A program made the position numbers and the translations under genes. From an uncultured bacterium (GTDB lineage Bacteria > Planctomycetota > SZUA-567 > JAKLDR01), in the NCBI GenBank assembly GCA_937935355.1, contig CALGYR010000091.1:2131-66130 (forward strand): a stretch of DNA of 64,000 nt, in the 5' to 3' direction. Below the pieces are notes generated by a model. The model was given only the letters and a program-made list of their open reading frames with translations. It was not told where the DNA came from and did not search any database. Below are positions 1 to 9,530 of this stretch, piece after piece. Each line of letters begins with the position of its first letter. Position 1 is the stretch's first letter.

Positions 1-1
1 G

Positions 2-187
2 GCGGGTGCTAAAAAACGCAGTCGGGGCCGACCTCGACGGGAGGTGCGCCTCGAGCAAGTGAATGCCCCAGAGTTCTCATCGGAGCAGAAACACGCGGTG
101 ATCCGCGCTCTGGCCAGGCTCGTCGTGGACGTGCTGCTGAGCGAGGAGGACGGACACAACGGAATAACAATGGGGGATGTGCAATGA
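2..187 (+). CDS. Small protein, 5'-truncated by the window edge, translationally coupled to the serine recombinase fragment
   Basis: Frame open from base 2 (AGAKKRSRGRPRREVRLEQVNAPEF...RALARLVVDVLL...) to TGA 185-187, which overlaps the ATG at 184 (ATGA). Confidence 0.5.
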   Translation, partial: AGAKKRSRGRPRREVRLEQVNAPEFSSEQKHAVIRALARLVVDVLLSEEDGHNGITMGDVQ

Positions 188-540
188 CGATAGCGATCTA
201 CTGCCGGACGGCCTCTAATAGCCAGGACAGCGCAGCCTCGATCAAGAGGCAGGAAGAAGTCTGCCGGGCGTGGCTTCAAGACAACAAGGACCCTCACAGC
301 GAGAGGGCAGTGGCCTTTAAGGATGCGGGCATTTCCGGGGTGCAGGTCTGCAACGGAGAAGCATTCAATGAGCTCCTGGAGCGGTGCCAGCATCGAGAGT
401 TCTCGCTGGTCGTCTGCTACAGCATGGACAGGCTCGGGCGGCACGCCTCCACGCTGGCGGGGGTAATTGGCAACCTCGGGGCGTACGGGGTCAGAGTGCG
501 CTCGGTGACCGAGCCGAACGGCGGAACCGCCCATGCGTAA
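184..540 (+). pseudogene. Serine recombinase/resolvase catalytic domain only, probably inactive
   Basis: YCRTAS (canonical YxRVS), RQ, DAGISG, FNELL, and SMDRLGR (DRLxR) motifs; stops after 118 aa. Confidence 0.8.
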
Positions 541-626
541 TCACCCACCACGTGGGCAGCGTCATGCGGCAGTCTTCCCGGGGTATAAGGTTATAGGATA
601 ACACGGGAGGGCTAATAGTCGAGCAG

Positions 627-905
627 TTGACCATGCTGCAATCCGTCAGGAAGGTGCGCAACCCGAAGGAGATTCTGGAGCGGGCGCGCGCCATCATCCA
701 GAACAAGGCTGAGTTGTTCGCGAAGATCCGGGCCCGCAAGGCCAAGGTGACCGAGGAATTCCGGACGGCTCTGGGCCGCCTAATGAAAAGCGCCCGCCTT
801 TTCAGGGACGGGCGCCTCTCAGTATCCTGGGACGTAACTGCCGCACTCGCTGGCGCAGGCAATTACTTGCCTGAAGTTGGTAGCGGGGGCTCGTTTCGAT
901 ACTGA
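627..905 (+). pseudogene. Possible C-terminal remnant of a large serine recombinase
   Basis: Helical basic segment, then LFRDGRLSVSW and a terminal VGSGG typical of integrases reading into a tRNA-derived att; inference. Confidence 0.4.
878..890 (-). other. Candidate att core resembling the 3' end of initiator tRNA-Met
   Basis: Minus strand reads GCCCCCGCTACCA (ends CCA); the adjacent sequence lacks a T-arm, so it is not an intact tRNA. Confidence 0.4.
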
Positions 906-1010
906 GAATCCGGCCTCGCTCGAGTGGCAGGAGGTCAGGTTGACTGCGTAACGAACTCCAGCACCGTCGTCTTGCATGGGGAAAGCTCCTGTTCACCAAG
1001 TGACGAACGA

Positions 1011-1034
1011 GGCGGGCCGATCAGCCGGCCCGCC
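1011..1034 (-). terminator. GC-rich hairpin after the leftward cargo operon
   Basis: GGCGGGCCG-ATCAGC-CGGCCCGCC perfect 9-bp stem just past the stop at 1060; weak U tract. Confidence 0.45.
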
Positions 1035-1059
1035 CCGCATCTACCAGAAGGCTGGCTGG

Positions 1060-2862
1060 CTACTCCGCAGCCTTTTTCTTAGCTGGCAGGGCGAAGGCTC
1101 CTTCCGCGAGCTTGGCGTCCGGCACACACTTGGAGTAGACGCAGGTTACGGTGGCTTTCTTGACGTCCGGTTCCTGAGCTGCCATCACCTGGCTCACGTC
1201 CGCGGCGAGCTTACGAATCAGCGGCTTCTCGCCCGACTCAATCCAGAGGTCGACGGCGTGCTTCTCGTAGACGAGCTTCAGGTGCTGGCACTTGGTGCCG
1301 CCAACGTCCTCTTCGCCGACAAGCTCGCCCGACTTGAGTCCATTGGCAAGGTGCTTGGCCGGGTCTTTGGAGACCACCGGCAACACGGCGACGGGCACGA
1401 AGGGGTTGAGGTTCTCCGCAGTGAACAACTCGGCCGCATCCGCAGGAGCCTCGCCCTTGTTGTTGGAGCCTTCGCCATCAATGCCAGCCCAAAACTGCTT
1501 GCCGTCAGAAACAAGCAGCACGGTGCCTTCCGCTTTGGCCGTCGGCCTCAAAGCTACAAGGCTCGGACGCTGGATGACCAGGGAGTAGGCATGTTTCAGT
1601 TCAACGCCCTCTTTGCCCTCCTTGGCTTCTATGCGGATGTCGAGCGCCACTTGTGCGGAAAGACTCTTCATCCCGGCATAGAAGGCTGACATTCTCTTGA
1701 TCAATGCCTCTGCGCCTGGCACATTCTCCGCCAACGGTCTCGGCTCGATTGCTCTAATGAGGGAGGTAACCGGATATTCATCGCCGACTACATGAGGACC
1801 AATCAGGTCGTCAAACGTAAATGGCCGCAACCCACACAGCTGGACGGCAGAAAGCCTGTCAGGCCTAAATTTGGCCAGTTCAGGCAAACTCAGGTATTTC
1901 CCTCTGGCATATAGGTGTTCTCCTTGCTTATCCTTCCACAGACAGACAATGGCAATACATGAGGTAATCGGCACCGTGCAGGATTCCACCTGCGAGCCAA
2001 TGTTGGTCTTCCTTGCGGTTTGTGGCTCAATCGACACAACGTCGCGTTTTACCATTCGGAAATGAGCATCAGTAGCGTATGCGGAATTGCGCGCCGGCAT
2101 TTTCAGGATGAACAGTCTGATGTTCTCGAGTTCTTCTCGCTCCGGTTGGTCAGCTAGGCGAATCCAACCACCAGTAAGTGGGTTGTTGTCCGAGTACGCC
2201 AGCAGCCAGCGCCGTTTCTCTGGTGGTCCATATGGGATCCCCATGATAGTATGGCAAAAAGTGTTCGCGCCGGATGGCTCGACATCGGTTGGAGACCATC
2301 GGTGAAGCGGAGCCTCGCTATTCACCCGCGTGATTTCCTGCGAATCTCCACATGGAATAATTTTGAAGGTGCAGTCCGCAACGCGCGATTGTGGCGTTGC
2401 TGACGTCCACTCCAGGTTCACGCGGCATTCCGTTGGCTCATTATGTTTACCAATGTCGTAATAGGTGCTCAACGGCAACACCTCAACGTAGGACTCGCCT
2501 CCCCCTAGCGACAGGGTCGTTCTGACCAATTCCCTTGCCACATAGAACCCGGGGCGGATTCCAATCGGTTTTCCGCCGATCTCCACACGGACAGCCGCAT
2601 TGGCCAACCACTCCCGGAACATTGGAGGAGACACATCGACGACATCGGTTCCTTTGTTAGTGATGTGTAGCTTCAATACGATGCGCTCACCCGAAAAGTA
2701 GGAGCCCCTTTCGGGCTCAAGGCGCACATCCAGAGAAGATACCTTTTCCCCTCCACAGCATTCTATGGCACTACTCCCAACAATGGCTACGATACACACC
2801 AGTCGAAGGAACGAAGACCTCATGCTGGTTGCCTGTCGCGCGGCATTCTTTTCATGCAACAT
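1060..2862 (-). CDS. Exported partner protein: N-terminal Ig-like domain plus C-terminal DUF2092/LolA-like domain
   Basis: GGAGG before ATG 2862; hydrophobic signal (MRSSFLRLVCIVAIVG); YFSGERIVLKLHITNKG Ig-type motif; IKRMSAFYAGMKSLS...IQRPS...LVSDGKQFW resembles DUF2092. Confidence 0.75.
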   Translation of the reverse strand: MLHEKNAARQATSMRSSFLRLVCIVAIVGSSAIECCGGEKVSSLDVRLEPERGSYFSGERIVLKLHITNKGTDVVDVSPPMFREWLANAAVRVEIGGKPIGIRPGFYVARELVRTTLSLGGGESYVEVLPLSTYYDIGKHNEPTECRVNLEWTSATPQSRVADCTFKIIPCGDSQEITRVNSEAPLHRWSPTDVEPSGANTFCHTIMGIPYGPPEKRRWLLAYSDNNPLTGGWIRLADQPEREELENIRLFILKMPARNSAYATDAHFRMVKRDVVSIEPQTARKTNIGSQVESCTVPITSCIAIVCLWKDKQGEHLYARGKYLSLPELAKFRPDRLSAVQLCGLRPFTFDDLIGPHVVGDEYPVTSLIRAIEPRPLAENVPGAEALIKRMSAFYAGMKSLSAQVALDIRIEAKEGKEGVELKHAYSLVIQRPSLVALRPTAKAEGTVLLVSDGKQFWAGIDGEGSNNKGEAPADAAELFTAENLNPFVPVAVLPVVSKDPAKHLANGLKSGELVGEEDVGGTKCQHLKLVYEKHAVDLWIESGEKPLIRKLAADVSQVMAAQEPDVKKATVTCVYSKCVPDAKLAEGAFALPAKKKAAE

Positions 2863-2874
2863 TGCCCCCTCCCT

Positions 2875-5800
2875 TCACTCGCCGCACAGCCCCTGTCCAT
2901 CAGCGGGCCACGCACGAAGCACCTTGGTTCTCAACTTGGCGACATGGCGAGGCGAAAAAGTCCCCACGCTACCCTTGAAACCGTCTTCCGACTCCACGCT
3001 ACCTGCGGCAACGTTCTTTTCGTAACCTTTGGATGCGTCCTTATGATAACTGTCCCCGTTAAGCTCCGTATCATGCCCAGCAGCATCTGTTCCCACGGTG
3101 TAGATCGTGTGCCCCACTTCATGAATTGCAGTGTGTGTAATGGCAGTTTCCTTGCCGCCCAACTCGAGGATTCGTTTCACGGACACGTACGCGTGAGGCG
3201 CAATCGTGCCGCCCAACTTACCAGGGTGGCTAGATCGCGCCCACCCCATGAGATGCACGGTGTGATTGGGGTGGGCGGATGGGTACCCCGTCCAGTACGT
3301 GGCAACTTCACTGACAGGGAGATCCGCTTCCAAGTCCGGCATCCGGTAGCTACTCCATCGGCGATTTCCTGCGACATTGTCGCCCCAAAGCCCCACGACC
3401 CAATCGCCGTAATCTCTCTGCTCCCAGTTGCTGGTTATCTCTATGCCTTTTGCGGCCTCCAGGATCACGCGTTTCCCGCCGTCCTCTAGCCGGGTGGTCA
3501 AACCTTGAATGCCCGCTGCATCGATTTCCGTCTTCAACTCCGCTGCGGTAGCAGCTCCCGCCGTAATGTTGTTGAATGTAACGGTCTTCTCCACACCGTC
3601 ATCAACTTTTAGTTTAAGGGTATCTCCCTTTTGGACGTTCCATCCACCCTCGGGTTGCCTTACACTGCCGACGCGGCAAATACCTGCGTGCTCCTCAATC
3701 TTCATATCAATATAGGGGTTGAGGTCTGGCTTCGTTATATCACCATAAGCGGCGCGGAACGTATCCGGTGATGGAATTGGGGCCAGCTCGCTTGCGTCTC
3801 CCGAGTAAACGGCAGCATTCGTGATTACTGTGTACTTTCTCCAAACGGTAAGCATACCAGAGCCATCGTCGGCAACGTCGCCCCAGTCTCCCTTGTCCGT
3901 CTTGGCAACCATAACCGCTCTAATTCTGAAGTTGTCGCCTCCGTCATCGGAGTAATAGAAGTGGATAGACGAGACATATTCTTCTCCTACTTTGGTAATC
4001 TTCGTTTTGGCCTCTCCAATCTTGGGCAGCAGCTTCGTCTTGTCCGCCTCGTAATTCAGCGGATCGCCGTCAAGGTCGTGGTCGGCACGGTCGAACCAAT
4101 GCTTCTGCCCGCCCGCTCCCGCAGGGGCGCTTTCGTATCTTGTACCAGTATTATCGCCGCCGTTTGGATCGTGCTCCAGCTTGTCTCCCACCTTCTTGCC
4201 GTCAATGTCGGGGTGGCTTGCGGGGTCATCGGGATCGTATACTTCCCACCTAACCCGTACTCGGTCGTTCAACTCTGCCTCGGTGAATCCCTCAGCATCC
4301 TTCAAGTCCACCTTCACCGTTATCTTGATTCGTTGTTTGTCGAGTGAGGCGTTGATCGTGCCATCATCCTCGGTGTCCGTGAAAAGCCGCCCGTCTTTGC
4401 GTGGATCGTTTTCCTGGCCGTAATCGTTCAGCACATTGGCTCTCATGCCGACTATCTTGGTCAATCCGGTCTTGACGAGACTGCCCTTCTTCTCCGTAAG
4501 CACATCCTGCTCTGCTTCGGCCCGGGTGACCTTGGCCGTTGGCTTGGCCGGGATTGCCGTCTTCTCAACAGCAGATGTCTTCCTATTATAGTAGACTTTA
4601 GAGAACTGGCCGTTCTCTTCCAAAACTCCAATGATGACCTCAGAGTCAGAAAGTGGATACATCCAGCCGTCAGGAAGCGCTTCAAGATCGAACTTGGTCT
4701 CGTCAAGGAACAGCAGATAGCCATCCGCGGCAGGCAGCCCCTTGACTCGGAGGGAAAGCGGCATATAGCTGCCGCCACTGGCATCCCCCTTCCTGGCATC
4801 GGACGCTATCCATCTGCCTTGGGGCTCTGGGGTGCCGTCCCCACCCGTGCCGCCGCCCACTACGCTCCACACGGCCCTGAATGTCTGGCTTTCGGAGGCC
4901 GTTTCAGAATAGGAGCTGCTGATAGGCAGTTCAACATTGCTGTAGAAGTCGAAAAGAACCAAGGCGGTGAAGGAGTCAACTTGAGGAGTCAACCCCTGGA
5001 ACGTACTCTTGTCAATGCTGACGCTTGTCCTCACTCCACCAACGAGGCCACGGAAAACGAGTGTGGCTTCGGATGCCAGCAACTTCTGCACACGGTTGCC
5101 CCCGCGCTCAACCACGAGCACATGACCCGAGGCCTCCGTCGATATGCCCCCTCCACCGGCGAAGCTGAATTGCCCACTCCCCGTGCCCGCAACGCCCCAT
5201 ACCATCTGGAATGTACCATTGGGATCGAAGCGCTGGAGGCGATTGTTACCAGCGTCACAAACATAGATGCGATTGGTGCCATCGACGGCGATTCCTCCCG
5301 GCGCAGAGAATTCGCAGGAGTCCGTCCCTTGAGTACCCCATTTTAGGAGGAATGTGCCGGCCGCGCTGAACTTCTGGATTCTGTGGTTGCCCGAATCGGC
5401 CACGAACACATTGCCCGCACCGTCCAGAGCCAAGCTGCCGGGCGAATTGAACTGCCCATCCCCAGCCCCCTGGCTTCCCCACTTGGCTGCAAATGAGCCG
5501 TCCGCAGAAAACTTCTGAATGCGGTTATTGTTCTGGTCAACCACATAGATGTTCCCGCTGGCGTCAATGGCCACATCTGCTGGTGCGTCAAATTGACCAT
5601 CCCCAGCTCCCTGGCTTCCGAACTTCGAGACGAAGGTGCCGGCCGGGGTGAACTTCTGGATGCGGTTGTTACCGGTATCGGCAACGTGGATGTTGCCGCT
5701 GGAGTCCATGCCCATGCCTTTCGGCTGGCTGAACTGACCATCACCAGCGCCTTCGCTACCCCATGCGAGGAGGAAAGCCCCGGCGGCATCAAACTTCTGC

Positions 5801-8745
5801 ACCCTATTGTTGCCGCTATCCAAAACGTAGACGTTGCCGGAGGAATCGGCGGCCACATCCGCCGGTTGGTTGAATTGGCCATTGCCACCACCAGCAGCGC
5901 CCCAGGCGGACTTGAAGGTAAGCGTGGCTTCGGAAACAATGAGCTTCTGAACGCGATTGTTGCCGGCATCGGCGATGTAGACGCGGCCTCGTGTCCCCAC
6001 CGCGAGACCACCGGCTTGCTCGAAGTCGAAAAGACCTTCCTCTGTGCCCTTGATGCCCCATGCCAGTTCAAAAGCTCCGGTTGCTGGATCAAAGCGTTGA
6101 ATACGGTGGTTGCCTCCATCGCATACATACACAGTAGTGCCATTGTCTACGGCGATGCCGAGAGGGCGATAGAGTTTCCCTTCTTCTGTACCCGCGCTGG
6201 CCCATTTCATCAAGACCGTTCCCGAGGTGTCGTACTTTACTATCCTGTCATTGTTCGTGTCGGTGACATAAAGCTTTCCGTCACTAGCCGCCGCGATGCT
6301 CGTTGGCGCATCCAGTTGTCCATCCCCCGCGCCCTGACTGCCCCACTTGGCCAGGAACGAGCCGTCCGAAGCACACTTCTGGATTCTGTGGTTGCATTGG
6401 TCAACCACATAAATGTTGCCGGTGCCGTCTACGGCCGCATCGGTGGGGGAACTGAACTGGCCATCCCCTGATCCCTGGGCGCCGAATTTCAAAGCGAAGA
6501 CGCCAGCCGATGTGAATTTCTGGACGCGATTGTTGCCAGTGTCGGCAACGTAGACATTGCCACTAGAATCAACCCCGATGCCCTTGGGTTGATTGAACTG
6601 GCCATCTTCCGTGCCAGCCGCACCCCAAGCAAGCAGAAATGTCCCGGACTTGTCAAACTTCTGAACGCGGCTGTTGCCGGAGTCAAGGACATAGACGTTA
6701 CCCGAGGCGTCCACGGCCACATCGGCGGGTGCGCTGAATTGACCATTGCCAGCGCCCGCTGTGCCCCAGGCAAGCGCAAAGCGCGCCTCGGCTGTCTTCT
6801 CGGTAAGGACCGAATCGCCATCCTGCGGACCGCGTTCTCCGTAGTAGAACTTGATGGTGTCCGCAACCCACGGGCTCGGATTGTTAGGCATGTAGATATT
6901 GGCGGTCAGAGTGCTCCCGCCGCCCGGAGTGCTGCCCGGTATCTCACGTTTCTCAAGCGTCAGCGCTACTTCGGCGTAACCGGTGTTGCCAGCAGCGTTC
7001 GCCGAGGTCTTCACGCGGATGGAGTGCGTTCCTTCAGTCAAGGGGACATTGACGCTGATGGGATCAAAGGTTCCCTTGTACGGATGTTGTCGCCAGAAGG
7101 CCGCGGAGCCGTCCTGTGTCCTAATGACGGTCTTGCTCGTGACAGGATACTCTCCTCCGTCAACAAACACGTCAACGGATGTTATGTCGGCTCCGGCCCC
7201 TGCTGGCGCATTGTCCGCAATGGGGTCCTTGACGTGCCCCTTGAGCGTGACCGTGGCGGTCTCGCCGTTGATGACCACATCCGAAGGCTTCACCTCCTCC
7301 AGCGTGACGGTCGGCCGAGGGTCACTGACCCCAACGAACTTGGTGGGGACGGGCGGCGCATTGGGATTAGCTCCGTTATTGTAGGTCGTGTCGGGGATGA
7401 CGAACTGGATTCTCGGGAAGATCGCTCCCATGTCGAGGCTATCGGAGGCGACATCTACGCCGGCCGACTCCTCTTGAAGTTGCCACGACTTCCGCAGCGT
7501 CATGTCCGTGCCGACATAGGTCGGCTGCCGGTCTGTGATGGAGGTCGCGTCCACCGGGATTTCCGGCACGGACTGGACAGTGTTGGGCAGCAGGCTCCAG
7601 CCAATCTGGCCGGCCAGCGTCAATCCGGTGGCCTTCTCGATGAAGATGCTCTTGCCGTAGCTGCCGCTCGCGCCCACCGGGTAGCCGAGGATGTTGTCGA
7701 TGAGCTTGACATTGCCGCCAGTGTAGTACTTCTGGTTCCAGTGGATGCCGTGCCCGCGCGTCTGCCCCGCGCTGTTCTTGCCCTGGTTGTTCCAGATCGT
7801 GTTGTGTTGGACTTTCACCAGGGTCGTGGAGTCGTTGTTCTGAAGCGCGTAGATGACGATGCCGCTGCCGCGATAGGCATTGTACTCGCAGCCGTAGAAG
7901 AAGTTATTGACGATGACGTTGTTGTAGAGCGTCATCGTGCCCGAGCACTTGTACAACTGGATGCCGGCGTCGCAGCGGTTGGCGGCGTGCTCCGGCAGCA
8001 TGTTGATGTCGTGGAAGAAATTCCCCCGCGCGGTCGTGCTGATGCAGTCCTGGAAGTAGATGCCGCCGTGGCCCAGCGTGTGCCGGCCCAGCGCGCCCCA
8101 TGCCTCGCAGTTCTCGATGAGGCCGTTGACGGTGTTGTCCATGTTGAAGGCGTCGCCGCCGGTGTCCGTGGCCTTGCAGCGGAGGTACTTCGGCCCGTCG
8201 GCGTACTTGAGCTGGATGCCCTCGTCGCCGGTGTCGTGGACGAAGACGTCCTCAATGACTATGCCGGTGTAACGATTGCTGCTGGTGCCCTCGGCGTAGA
8301 TGGTGTCGGAGGTGCCGCCGGCTACATCCAGGCGCTCAAGCCGGACGCCGTGGCCGGTGATCTTGATGACATTGACCGCGGTCTTGGGTTGGCCAGCGTC
8401 ATTGTCCCGCACCGATGGAAGCGGAGTGCCGGGCTCGCCCCTGAGCGTCCCGCCGGCCATCGTGATCCCGTTGGTGACCAGGAGCGCGGTCCCCGGGGGC
8501 AGCGTGACCGTGGAGCTGCTGACCAGCATGCTGGACAGCCGGGGAGGCGCTTCGTTCACCCGGCAGGTGGCAGCCACGATCACGTCGTCATTGGCCACGG
8601 GCTTCTGGCTGCTCGCCCAGTTGTCGGCCAGCGACCACTGGTCGTTCACCGTGCCCTCGAACGTGCAGGTTGCCGCCCGCGCGTCCAGCCCCCAGGCCAA
8701 CGCCAGAACCGCGACCACTCCGACCATCCACACTCGGCGCATCAT
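2875..8745 (-). CDS. Giant secreted protein (~1956 aa): right-handed beta-helix, two NHL beta-propellers, divergent C-terminus with HExxH zinc-peptidase motif
   Basis: GGAGGG before ATG 8745; signal peptide MMRRVWMVGVVAVLALAWGLDARA; parallel beta-helix repeats; NHL repeats; HEVGH at 3109-3123. The ORF track start at 8880 is an upstream extension. Confidence 0.88.
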   Translation of the reverse strand: MMRRVWMVGVVAVLALAWGLDARAATCTFEGTVNDQWSLADNWASSQKPVANDDVIVAATCRVNEAPPRLSSMLVSSSTVTLPPGTALLVTNGITMAGGTLRGEPGTPLPSVRDNDAGQPKTAVNVIKITGHGVRLERLDVAGGTSDTIYAEGTSSNRYTGIVIEDVFVHDTGDEGIQLKYADGPKYLRCKATDTGGDAFNMDNTVNGLIENCEAWGALGRHTLGHGGIYFQDCISTTARGNFFHDINMLPEHAANRCDAGIQLYKCSGTMTLYNNVIVNNFFYGCEYNAYRGSGIVIYALQNNDSTTLVKVQHNTIWNNQGKNSAGQTRGHGIHWNQKYYTGGNVKLIDNILGYPVGASGSYGKSIFIEKATGLTLAGQIGWSLLPNTVQSVPEIPVDATSITDRQPTYVGTDMTLRKSWQLQEESAGVDVASDSLDMGAIFPRIQFVIPDTTYNNGANPNAPPVPTKFVGVSDPRPTVTLEEVKPSDVVINGETATVTLKGHVKDPIADNAPAGAGADITSVDVFVDGGEYPVTSKTVIRTQDGSAAFWRQHPYKGTFDPISVNVPLTEGTHSIRVKTSANAAGNTGYAEVALTLEKREIPGSTPGGGSTLTANIYMPNNPSPWVADTIKFYYGERGPQDGDSVLTEKTAEARFALAWGTAGAGNGQFSAPADVAVDASGNVYVLDSGNSRVQKFDKSGTFLLAWGAAGTEDGQFNQPKGIGVDSSGNVYVADTGNNRVQKFTSAGVFALKFGAQGSGDGQFSSPTDAAVDGTGNIYVVDQCNHRIQKCASDGSFLAKWGSQGAGDGQLDAPTSIAAASDGKLYVTDTNNDRIVKYDTSGTVLMKWASAGTEEGKLYRPLGIAVDNGTTVYVCDGGNHRIQRFDPATGAFELAWGIKGTEEGLFDFEQAGGLAVGTRGRVYIADAGNNRVQKLIVSEATLTFKSAWGAAGGGNGQFNQPADVAADSSGNVYVLDSGNNRVQKFDAAGAFLLAWGSEGAGDGQFSQPKGMGMDSSGNIHVADTGNNRIQKFTPAGTFVSKFGSQGAGDGQFDAPADVAIDASGNIYVVDQNNNRIQKFSADGSFAAKWGSQGAGDGQFNSPGSLALDGAGNVFVADSGNHRIQKFSAAGTFLLKWGTQGTDSCEFSAPGGIAVDGTNRIYVCDAGNNRLQRFDPNGTFQMVWGVAGTGSGQFSFAGGGGISTEASGHVLVVERGGNRVQKLLASEATLVFRGLVGGVRTSVSIDKSTFQGLTPQVDSFTALVLFDFYSNVELPISSSYSETASESQTFRAVWSVVGGGTGGDGTPEPQGRWIASDARKGDASGGSYMPLSLRVKGLPAADGYLLFLDETKFDLEALPDGWMYPLSDSEVIIGVLEENGQFSKVYYNRKTSAVEKTAIPAKPTAKVTRAEAEQDVLTEKKGSLVKTGLTKIVGMRANVLNDYGQENDPRKDGRLFTDTEDDGTINASLDKQRIKITVKVDLKDAEGFTEAELNDRVRVRWEVYDPDDPASHPDIDGKKVGDKLEHDPNGGDNTGTRYESAPAGAGGQKHWFDRADHDLDGDPLNYEADKTKLLPKIGEAKTKITKVGEEYVSSIHFYYSDDGGDNFRIRAVMVAKTDKGDWGDVADDGSGMLTVWRKYTVITNAAVYSGDASELAPIPSPDTFRAAYGDITKPDLNPYIDMKIEEHAGICRVGSVRQPEGGWNVQKGDTLKLKVDDGVEKTVTFNNITAGAATAAELKTEIDAAGIQGLTTRLEDGGKRVILEAAKGIEITSNWEQRDYGDWVVGLWGDNVAGNRRWSSYRMPDLEADLPVSEVATYWTGYPSAHPNHTVHLMGWARSSHPGKLGGTIAPHAYVSVKRILELGGKETAITHTAIHEVGHTIYTVGTDAAGHDTELNGDSYHKDASKGYEKNVAAGSVESEDGFKGSVGTFSPRHVAKLRTKVLRAWPADGQGLCGE
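5080..6785 (-). repeat. Intragenic NHL repeats (~47 aa unit, two sets of about six blades)
   Basis: Repeated WGxxGxGDGQFxxPxxxAVDxSGNVYVADxGNNRIQKF. Confidence 0.9.
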
Positions 8746-8776
8746 CGTGCTGCCCTCCAGCCTTCCGTTCCTTCCT

Positions 8777-9397
8777 CTATCGCTTTGCGGCGGCGCGGGC
8801 CCTGGCCCACGCCTTCCACTTCTCGATGGCTTCCTTCTGGCCCTCCGGCTCTTTCGCGGCGTCGAACCCGAAGTTCTCACCCGCGAGCGCAGTCAGCCCT
8901 TTGATGCCGGGCTGTCGGAGCCGCGCATCCCCGTTTTCAAGCAGGGACACGAGGCAGCTCACAGGCGTCTGGTCGGCCGCGCCGCACTCGCCTATGATCT
9001 CCGCGGCTCTGATTCTGATCTCGATGTCCGTGGCGGGGTCTAGCGCAACGTGTGCCAGGGCCTTTACCGACTCCGGTTGCCGCGCCTTTTCAAGCGCCCG
9101 ATCCTTCTCCTCTTTGGAGTCCGCGCCGGAAAGCGCCGTAGCCATGTCGTCGAACAGCTCGCCTGACCTCGTGTCCGAGGCAGGAATGGTTTTCTCAGCG
9201 GGCTTCGGCTCTTCCTCACTATATGAAGAGGAAACGGCTCCGCCTGGGGAAATGGTCTTCGATGCCTGGCCATTGGCCGCCGATGGCTTGGTGCCCCCCG
9301 CATTTCCGTCGCGCACGGCGACGCGGTAAGTGAGGATTCCAGCGAGGACGATCAGAAGGAGGACAAGAACGGCGACAGCGATACCGCGACCACGCAT
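8777..9397 (-). CDS. Membrane-anchored protein with low-complexity linker and short HEAT-like C-terminus
   Basis: N-terminal hydrophobic helix; IRIRAAEIIGE, LRQPGIKGLTALAGENFGFD...QKEAIEKWKAW. Confidence 0.75.
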   Translation of the reverse strand: MRGRGIAVAVLVLLLIVLAGILTYRVAVRDGNAGGTKPSAANGQASKTISPGGAVSSSYSEEEPKPAEKTIPASDTRSGELFDDMATALSGADSKEEKDRALEKARQPESVKALAHVALDPATDIEIRIRAAEIIGECGAADQTPVSCLVSLLENGDARLRQPGIKGLTALAGENFGFDAAKEPEGQKEAIEKWKAWARARAAAKR

Positions 9398-9463
9398 GGA
9401 CTCTTCCCCCCAACGCCACGACCTGGGTTTTCCGTCCCGGATGCGCGTCCCGACATGGGCGCT

Positions 9464-9491
9464 ATCATGGCCGCGGAGAGGAAGTTGTCAA
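9464..9491 (-). promoter_or_regulatory. Sigma70-type promoter for the 9397-1060 operon
   Basis: TTGACA-N16-CATGAT on the minus strand. Confidence 0.55.
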
Positions 9492-9530
9492 GGAAAATCG
9501 CTCTCAAACCGCTTCGAAGAGCGCATTGGA

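Noticed and set aside
860-960. Intact tRNA gene
   Set aside because: Only the last 13 nt resemble a tRNA; no T-loop GTTC or cloverleaf.
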